Made by a program: the position numbers and the translations under genes. DNA of 64,000 nt. It comes from Eledone cirrhosa (taxonomy: Eukaryota). This document shows, in pieces, positions 54,229 through 64,000 of this stretch. A model generated the notes under the pieces. That model was not told where the DNA came from. It saw nothing but the letters and a program-made list of their open reading frames with translations, and searched no databases. The stretch's first letter is position 1. Each line of letters begins with the position of its first letter. The stretch is from positions 110,546,001 to 110,610,000 of the forward strand of contig OZ024742.1 of NCBI GenBank assembly GCA_964016885.1, written 5' to 3'.

Positions 54229-54234
<6 letters not shown>
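53401..54234 (+). mobile_element. Non-coding PLE/retrozyme-like element, 623-nt unit with 5' inverted copy
   Basis: 53557-53612 is repeated at 54180-54235 (period 623). 53401-53559 is the inverse of 54031-54189. Internal ~130-bp subrepeats, (TA)n on both sides. Confidence 0.82.
54128..54180 (+). ncRNA. Permuted (type II-like) minimal hammerhead candidate; mirror at 53410-53462 (-)
   Basis: GTCTttaaagcgaT-GAAA-TGCC-TA-TGAT-agttggaag-ATCA-CTGATGA-AGGAC. Confidence 0.55.
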
Positions 54235-54284
<50 letters not shown>

Positions 54285-56774
54285 ATATATATATATACTG
54301 ATTTTCATGAATCATTAAAGGTTATAAGACAGATTAAGATACCAGCGTGTAATTTTCATTGCTGTTCGATGTTCGGTTTACACCAGTCAACGATGAACCT
54401 GTATATGGTTATATTACCTGCAACAGATAGGAATCAAATTATTCTTAAATCGGAACATTGCGTCTTATATAAGGAAAGCCCCATTAGATAATGCATTTCT
54501 AGAGACACTATGTATGAATGGAAAATGGAACAGTTAGGGCTATACCGTTCTTAACGTGATCATATGTCTGTTTGTCCCAAAGTTAAACAACAAAATCAAC
54601 GGTAATAACAATAGTAACAGCATTTAAAACGAAAATAAAACATTTCACAAGCAATGGAAATTATCAAAAGAACGAATTATGTTGCAGCAAAATACACACA
54701 ATCCTCGGAATTGAGTGATTCTTTGCAGTATGGAGAAGAATATGAAGTTTTACAAGCACACAGAAACATTCTATCAGTCTTATGACAATAATAATAACAA
54801 CGGCATATGCAACTTCATCCATTTTGTTATTATTACAACACATATTACAGAAGCCAATGAGAGAAATTCTACGTGGTCACTCAAAAAGTAATAGCAGCTA
54901 AATCTTCCTTAAATAACTACCTACCAGTTTAAATACCACATTGGGTAAAATAACTCTAACTATCCTGATACATATATACTACATTCAATATAGGAGTTGA
55001 GTGTGGGCCTCCAGCTCGACACCAGAAATAGAAGCAACAACAAAAACAAACACCAGCACATAAATGGACATCCTTCGGTTTCAACGAGGAAGTGCTTTAG
55101 TTCTTCGATTAACAGATTGGCCTGCTCCAGAAATTAACGTCTAATGGACTGAATACTCTACAAACATTTGTACCTTTAACCTAAATCTCGGAGAGATTCT
55201 GCCTATAGATTCAAGGTACAGTTCATGCGACTAGCTTATATATAACTTCCGTCTAATAAAATTCACTCACAAAGCTTGTAGCGACCCGGGGGCGTGGTAA
55301 TGTACAGTTCTCCAAAATTTCCCTAATACAATCTTCAACAGTTTTTCACCAGCACATAAATTATATTGTTTAGTATTTTATTTTGAAATTTCTATCACAT
55401 TTGTTTCTATTGAATCCTCAATATCTTACTGGTAATATTGTATCATTCTAAATTTACACATCCTGTGTTCAAACTACATAAAATCACATTTGGCATTCAC
55501 CCTTTCGGGTTGATAAATAAATGAGTTTAATAATAGTGCCGATTCTGCTTCTTTCTCCGTCTCTTTCTTCCAGCTAGAAATCGGTTGTGTTCAAACCTAG
55601 AGAAGACTTGGCCCGACCAGGATTAAAATCTCCAAGACAGGACGCATGTTACTACAGTATCCCTACAACTGCAGCGAGGAAGAAAGAAAGGAATATAGCA
55701 ATATTTCTCAGCATGTAGTACACAAAGACAGTGTTCGCTTCTATTTAAACGTCATTAATATGACAATTGCCTTGCCAAGCTTTCTACACTCCGTGGCCAG
55801 ATTAAGTGTTCAGTAGAGCCCCAGCAATCAATTAAGGATTAAAACAACATGCAAGAGAAGATCTAAAAAATATATACATTAATATATAACAAAACAAATT
55901 TTTACAAAATTGAGTTATTGTACCTAGCCAACAGTAATCGATGTTATTGCAATTTATTTTGCCAACAGCAGAAGAAATAGAAATTTAAACGAATCTAAAT
56001 ATAAATGGAATGGACTGAAATACCATGACTTGGAAAGTCATGGTATTAACATTAAAACTGTAATTGACATCGAAACAGAAAAATGAAAAATAAAAATATT
56101 AACTGAAATCCAAACAAAAAATTTCATTAAAACGAGAGAAAGAGAGAAAAAGCTGTTCACTTTAAAATTAAAACCGCATGTACGGATTGCATAACATATT
56201 TCGGAATTTAAATAGAAATCATAATTAAAACATTAACATTTCAAAAATGGTCTATAATTGACGATGAAACATCACAAAGAAAAAAATCATCAGCAAAATT
56301 CAAAAACACTAATACATAATAAATAAAACGTCGCTTGTAATGAGATGTAATCCGTAGGACATCATTTTTGCAGATACATGAAGCGAAGTTATTTTCCAAG
56401 AGTTTTGTTGTCTGTCAAGTGTTGACACTCGAAGACATGTGTAGCTTTTAACATCATCTATCTCATCAACTTAAAATAGAGGATAATGTGTTTACTTTTT
56501 ATTCGCCAATTTTCCGAATATCGTGAGATAAATATTTCTTTGATATCTGTTTTATTACGTTCCCGTTTGGTCAAAAATCCCCCATGTCTAATTTCAACGC
56601 TACTTTTGCTGCTACATCAAATTATCATGATCATTAATACATGTGAAGTGTGCGTGGGTGTGCTTGTACATCGCTAGTTTTCGAATTACCACTATATATT
56701 TACAAATAATATTATTACAGTTAAAATTAGTAGCAAGGTAAAAAAAAGGCTATGCAATTATGTAAGCATTATAA

Positions 56775-56915
56775 GCGGCGTATTGGAATGGTAGTTAGAG
56801 TGTAGAACAATCTGTTTGATGTTATTTCTTTACAGATTCTCATTGCACTATGATCAAAGCTTGTCAAGGTCAACTTTGCCATTGATCCTTTGGGTATCGA
56901 TAAAATAAAGTAGCA
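56775..56915 (+). mobile_element. Old Meta-domain SINE
   Basis: AAGGTCAACTTTGCCATTGATCCTTTGGGTATCGATAAAATAAAGTA. Confidence 0.6.
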
Positions 56916-58301
56916 AACTAGATCGGCGGATTGGGGGAATGTAAATACAGGTACCGTCTCTAATAAATAAAAGATAAGATTGTCATAACTCGACCTTCTT
57001 TGATCATAGCTCTGCTTGATCTGAACCCCTAGTCATTAGATGAGTTCGCTGTTTTCATATTTCAAATCATACTTATGTCAACGCTGTCTTTCAATTCTTT
57101 CAGAATCGATAGAATGTTCCATTCCAGCTAAGACGTTCGGTGTTCAAAGTACACGAGAGGTAAACTGTATCCATCACCTAGTAAGACCCCCCCCCCCCTG
57201 CAGGTCGGATTATATCAGCTTCTAGAAGTGTCAAACGCAGAAAAATAAACGTAATTACAGCGCTGCATTAAAGTTTGTGTATTTTTAGTTACCGATCTTT
57301 ATATAATGAATTTAAATCATCCTAGGTGTTAATTTTCATTTACAAATGACAGGTAATAAAATAACTACCCATTGTTTAGAATCATATTAACTAGCATCGG
57401 TCATAACTTATGGTAGAATTGTTGGAGCGTAGGACATAAAACACTGCAAGTTCTAGTCCTTGGCATTTTCAGTTTATACCTTGCTACAGTGTATATTAAT
57501 AGTAGACGTAATGCGCCACAAGGTTTGAAACCACCCCTTGACACTTGGGTGAATCTAGCAAATTCTCCTGGGATCAGGTCTACGGTTTGAGTACACCTGC
57601 ATTCCCTATTCCTTCCACCATCTCATGTAATACATCGCGGAACTACGACTCTGACAGTCTTCTTTATCACGCTGTGGAGTGACAAACTAAATGGAATTGA
57701 CGGAACTCTAAAGTGCCGGGCTAAATGTCGAGTGATATTTAGTTACACATACTAAGTTCAAATCCTTCTGGGATTTGGCTTTTACTTACATTCATTGGAT
57801 TTAATAAGATAATTACCTGTGTTTTAGCCCCATATTCACTCACATCAAGCATAAACTGTGATCAGATATATGCCAGTCGTAATTATGCCATCATTTATGA
57901 CTACATAAACCTTTCTTGTCCTTCATTTCTATGAAAATAGAGAGGATCTTGAGAGAGATGTTACTGTTTTTATAGTGGATAAAGTGACTAGTTATAGGTA
58001 TCTGGAAGGATTGAGCGATAGCTATCATAACATATCACTTATTGTAGTATCAATGAAATGACTGAACTAAATTGCACATTATTAGCGCTAATGTTGGGAC
58101 TTAATTTTGCTATAAAGATATACGGTTATATCTGTACAGTAAACATACAGTTATAAATTTATTGTATACTCCGGCTACACAATGCACAATTTAATATATA
58201 TCCAAATTAACTACCAGCAAATCGCTAATACGTCCACTCCGGTGATACTATTATAAGTGATAGTGTATAAAAGTCTTTAGTTATGTATTTCATGATATAC
58301 A

Positions 58302-58350
58302 TATCTCCTGATGAAAATTTAAAACGTTTCGAAAATCGATTAAACAGATA
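58302..58350 (+). ncRNA. Minimal hammerhead candidate upstream of a (TA)n tract
   Basis: TATCTC-CTGATGA-AAATTTAAAACGTTTC-GAAA-ATCGAT-TA-AACAGATA, with palindromic AATCGATT. Confidence 0.55.
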
Positions 58351-58559
58351 CATTTTTCAATTTAAAATTTGACGTTCTCATGTTTGAACACTCAAAGTGT
58401 AAAATAATATACACACTCACGCAGTATCATTTATGTCTAAACTGTATATATACAGATTATATATATACAGATTATATATATATATATATATATATTTGAT
58501 ATATATTTATTCTTATCGAGCCCTCTTTGGATTTTAGTCTTCATATTTATTATTATTAC

Positions 58560-58666
<107 letters not shown>

Positions 58667-58697
58667 GTATATATATATGTATATATATGTATGTATG

Positions 58698-59539
58698 TTC
58701 TTCTGGTTTTATAATTTCACAAAGTTTTACCAATAGAGAGAGAGCCGGTTTCTAACATAGACACAAGACTCTCTCATTGGAATTTACACATCAACTAGGT
58801 AGATATGTATGTATGAATGCATGTGTAGATATGGATGTTATCGTATGTGTGGATGTGTGTTTTGAGTTGTATGTGTGCATGTGTATATACTTTGTATCTG
58901 TACATGTGTATATGCAGTTATTAGATGCACAATTTTTGGAATGTTTTACATATCTTTACTGTTCCATTAATGGATTGTACTTGTAATTTCCTAACTAGTT
59001 GTGTTCTTTCTGTTCCTGTGAAGCCTCGCTTCTCAAGATTTGTATTGAGGCAGTTACTAACATATCCCAGTGCCTCAATAATCACAGGCATAAATCTGAT
59101 GGTGTAATCAGGGTGGAGTATCTGCAGATTTCTCAACAGTTCTGCATAAATATTCTCCTTTTCTAATCTTACTAATCTTCGATATCATATTGGCATCTGC
59201 TGGGCAGCTAATTTCCACTACTGTGCATGTTTTCTTCTCCCTGTACCATATCATAATATCTGGTCTGTTATGCCTGCATTTTATTGGGGTTTTTACTGGA
59301 ACATTCCACAAGTACTCTATCATATTATGTACATGGATGTCTTCCACATTGTTGTAGCTTTTAATGTGTTTATTATCGGGGCTATCTTTTTTACGAACTG
59401 CATTGTACAGTGTTTTGGCCACTACATCATGCCTCATAGGTAGATAGTACCGCGATGACATCTTTGTACAGCTGCTGATGACATGGGTGATATCATCCAT
59501 GTTAGTTCTGCAGAGTCTGCACTTCTTATCACATTTAGC
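58698..59539 (-). mobile_element. R4/Dong-like 3' fragment, same family as 31035-31899
   Basis: [31 protein letters not shown]...GTVKICKTF, same 3' UTR, (TATG)n on both sides. Confidence 0.87.
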
Positions 59540-59602
59540 TATGTATGTATGTATGTATGTATGTATGTATGTATGTATGTATGTATATATGTATCTATAC
59601 GC

Positions 59603-59659
<57 letters not shown>

Positions 59660-59669
59660 CATGTATAGG

Positions 59670-59843
59670 GCGATGGATTGGCAGTATCGGTAGAGCGTCG
59701 GACATGCTTTAAGGTATAGGGTTACGACCCTTTCATCCTTACGGGGTCGATGAAATGAAGTACCAGTAATGCACTGTGTTCGATTTAATCGGCTTTCCAC
59801 TCCCCCCAAAAATTGTTGGCCTTGTGTCTAAATCAGAAACCAA
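59670..59843 (+). mobile_element. Meta-domain SINE with internal deletion
   Basis: GGATTGGCAGTATCGGTAGAGCGTCGGAC...CCTTTCATCCTTACGGGGTCGATGAAATGAAGTACCAG. Confidence 0.75.
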
Positions 59844-60430
59844 TATATAGGCATATACAGATGCCAGTAATAATTGAAAAAAAAATGATAAACACCTTTA
59901 ATCGATATTTGGAGCTTATTGAACCCTCACCAGAAGACGTGTATATCATACAAACAACAAAAAGGAAACATGTATTTGGTGGGCTTATATACCCACTCGG
60001 TTTTAGAAATGTACGTACTAATTTGCAGATACTTAGTGCTCGTGTTGGTAATTAATTAAGATATATATTGAGAAGGGCGCAAGCAACCGAAATGTACGAT
60101 AATCTTATAGTATGCAACCATGGAAATTCGTCTAATCACCAGGAGCGTTGATGCTTTTTGTTAAGTGCTTCTTGTCTTGTGCATTTTATGAAATTAAATG
60201 TAACTCTTGGTACTTCGTCTTCACTATAGATTTTATAAAATAATTTATATATGGCGCGAGTTCAATTCCCCGTAGGCACCTCTATTCAATGCTTCACCTC
60301 CATTGATGTATTTCGCCTGCTTTACTCAACTTTTACTTATAGTGATAGACTTTTGTTATAGTCATTTACGTTTGGACGACTACTTTTTAAAATAAAAAAA
60401 ATCCCGAATGTTTCTTAAGTTGACTGAATG

Positions 60431-60502
<72 letters not shown>

Positions 60503-60514
60503 ACACACGCACAC

Positions 60515-60550
<36 letters not shown>

Positions 60551-61513
60551 TTATACATATATATGTGTATTTATATGTATAAACATTTACACGCAAAGGC
60601 GCACACACACAAATCTATATAATAAGAGAGAAAGGAAATGTGTGTGATAGACAGAGAAAGAATGACGCAAATACCTGTACATTGATAGCTAATCAAGATA
60701 TATACATCAGAAGTTTTTTTCCCCAAATATACACAGCATAACATAAACACGCAAATTAATCAATAGTTGAAAATGTCCTGAAAGACTTTCTTGTTCTTTT
60801 GAAATAAAGAACTCGTTTGTATTAGTGATTATCTGTATATATTTGGTGAACTTGACTGGTAGACTGTGTTCTGACCATCAATCAATAATATTTATGTTAT
60901 TTATCTTTTGTAAATGAAAGCAAACTTTATTTTGGACAGATTTTGCGTGGCTTATTTTCTTTTCTTATTTTGTTCGTCTCCTTTCTTCTGGGTAACGTTT
61001 TTCTAAATAGATAAATAAATGAATAAATATAAATAAATAAATCAAATATATATAAATAAAAATAAATAAATATATGAATAAATAAATAACTATATATAAA
61101 TAAATGAACATATATAACATTTTACTGTGCAGATATACATAATTTGTTGCTATTTTTATTTTCAGTGGTTCTGACATGAATGTCAAGGGTTATATCACAC
61201 CGTGTTTTTTTTATTTGTTTTGTTGGTTTTCTCTATCATGTTGCCAGCTTTGAGCTGGTCATTTTGATTTTGTTTTGCTCGGGATGAGGTTGACATCATA
61301 TTGCAAAGTTTCTCAAAATTTTTATTTATAGTTAATATATTCTGTCAATCATGGAGTCAGAGAGAACAGTCAACGAACAAGTAACGTTAGTTTGATGAGA
61401 TAAAGAGAACGAGAAGTGCGTACGGAAGGAAACCTGCCTCTCAGCAAAGATATGAGGTTACATAAAGAAGTAGCTAATGTTACAGACACAGTGCCTGACG
61501 AAATGGAAGCAGG

Positions 61514-61564
<51 letters not shown>
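61514..61564. repeat. (ACT)n microsatellite
   Basis: Directly visible. Confidence 0.95.
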
Positions 61565-61566
<2 letters not shown>

Positions 61567-64000
61567 TCCCCATCCCTATTACTACTGCTATAAGTGGCAC
61601 CAGTAGTTGAAGAGGCAGCAGCAATTTCAACGTACCGCTTTCCATCAACCCTACCTGATTTCCTAGCATCAGCACCATCACCACTACTACCTGCAGACAC
61701 ATGTTACCATTAACAACGACACCAGTCCATATAATCCTTCGAAGAACACTATCATCTACGTTTCGTTGCGAAACAATGAACTAAAACACACAAAGAAGAG
61801 AACATGTAAGCGGTTTTGAGAGGTAGGAACGTAGATAGTTATATGGTAAGTGAGAAATGGAAGCCACTACGACACATTGTTCTACAAACTGTTCCACAAT
61901 GGAGCAGGGTCAAACAATGATATGCACATTCAAATGCATCTGTGAGGAATTTAACCTATTTCTAATTTACATAGTGTAGTGAACGCTAAGAACCATACCA
62001 CCGGTTGTGTTACAAGTACTGGATCTAGATACACCAGTAACAGCAATGGCGAAGGTGCATAGTCAGATGATCAGTAGCATACACACCATGAAGAAAACTG
62101 AGTAGAAAAATGGCTGAAATACATAATTGACAGCACCTGCAAATGCAACAAACCTCCATAAACAAACTCACTATGAGATGGGAAAGCAGACACGAGCAGA
62201 AGATGGTAAAGGGGTTTCTGTTTCTTTTCTCTATTTCTCTTGCATTTTGTCTGACGGTTTAATGACTCTATCACCCAATTCATTTTATAACAAATTCAGA
62301 GTCATGAATACAGTGGATTTATTGTTGTGTATGTATTTTGTATTAAGTTAATCAAAACACACATTGAGTTAGGTATCTTGCAAACATGCATTACGATTTT
62401 ATTCAAAGACACATTTGTGCGTTAAATATGCATTCAAATGATAGCTATACAAGCAATTTTACACATAAAAACCTACGCATGCGCAATAATTTTAACTACT
62501 TACAAATGCAGAACTATCTTTACACGTTTACATTAAGATGTTTCATACCGACTCGTCAAATGATAGCTATATAAGCAAATAAACATAAAAATACACACAT
62601 GCACATCAGGTTTAACTACATACAAATACCTCTGTACATTTTGTTTATGGCCTTAATGCTATGGCGAAGTGAAATGATATTACAGCTTTTGTTATTTCTA
62701 ACAAATGAAATCAATAAAGATGATGCTGTAATGTTGTACACATCTGATCTCTTATGTTCGATTATTATATCCAACATATTGCACCTGCTCGCGCACGTGT
62801 GTGTGTATGTATGGGAATATATGTGTTTGTGTGAATTTAGGTGGATCACTGGAAGAAGTATTTGCTATATACACATCATGAATACACACAAAGCATATAC
62901 ACATCATGAATACACACAAAGCATATACACATCAATATGAAAGGATTATGTGTCCCTGTATATATATACATGTATAAGCATGCAATACACATATACAAAC
63001 ACATTTTTATACATGCGCTAAATGATGTATGTATATCTGTATTTCTGCATTTTCAGTGTTCTCATACGTTTTACATATTGTTAAATTTAACCATCATAAC
63101 CTAGGATTCGTCTTGTAAACAATTGTCAAAAGTCTCTAGACAACGATGCATTCAACCTCGCAAATTTTCTTCGTGTAAATAACAAATAATGCCAGTGCAT
63201 TGCACATGATTTCCTTTAAGAAAGTCCATTGGCTGTACAAGCAAACATGTCGACTAGCTAAACCTTCGCTGCGTGTCTCCTATGTGAGAATAAACTTTCA
63301 TCTGTAATGATTTTATATCAACTGTTATTATTTCGTGGTACAAACGCAGAACACCACAGACAGACACACACACACACACACACATAATATGTGTGTACGT
63401 GAGTGTATGTTTGTGTATATATTATATATATATTTATAAATATATGTATAAGTATAAGTATAAGTATAAGTATAAATATAAGTATATACATATGTCTCTT
63501 TTAATCTCTCTCCACACACACACACACAACACACACACACATACGCACACACACGCACACGCACACATACACAAATAAATATAAGTATACAATGTTGCAA
63601 GTATGTAAACATCTATTCGGTAAACTATCATTGCCTTTGGAATTAAGAATTCATAGATCACCTGACATTTGCCCTTCCCCCTTAAAAATCAAGAAATGTC
63701 GCATTATTGGCAAACCATTAGAGAATATATTGTCGAAACCTATTCTAAAACCTTACTATAGAAATCTCGGAAAAATATGTTAAGTGAACCATTCACAGAT
63801 TATATTCATGTTCACATTTCAGAAATGCGGAATTTCAGATTTTATTCTTCTCTACAATAGAGAAATCATTACAAGAGATGTTTATGGTGTATTGGTGAAT
63901 CGACAGGAAATCGACTGTAAACAATATGTTAGATGTATTTAAACAAAGATATTAGCATAAAAGTATTCAAAATTTTCAGATGAAACCTACGTGACTTGTC

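Overview
AT-rich animal genomic DNA dominated by microsatellites and transposon debris. It is most likely a cephalopod such as Octopus, inferred from the SINE types and (TA)n/(CA)n/(TATG)n density. No intact host protein-coding gene is recognisable, and most ORFs in the track are microsatellite translations. The window holds relics of RTE, CR1/Jockey-like and R4/Dong-like LINEs, a MULE transposase relic and many Meta-domain tRNA SINEs. The main signal is a set of about 18 Penelope-like element (PLE) or retrozyme-like insertions sitting in (TA)n tracts. Most carry a hammerhead-ribozyme (HHR) motif near their 3' end, and many have an inverted copy of their own 3' end. Four retain GIY-YIG coding remnants, three of them Hydra-clade-like. 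Several HHRs have a non-canonical U3-A8 core. The best candidate system is a non-coding retrozyme-like element (18081-19080) with two identical U3-A8 HHRs 593 nt apart and a 10-nt palindromic stem III. A 623-nt element also carries a permuted, type II-like HHR. Separately, R4/Dong-like elements and RTE-derived short elements cluster in (TATG)n tracts, and ordinary flanking DNA is repeatedly duplicated in inverted form at (TA)n tracts. All folds and translations were done by eye, and coordinates may be off by a few bases.
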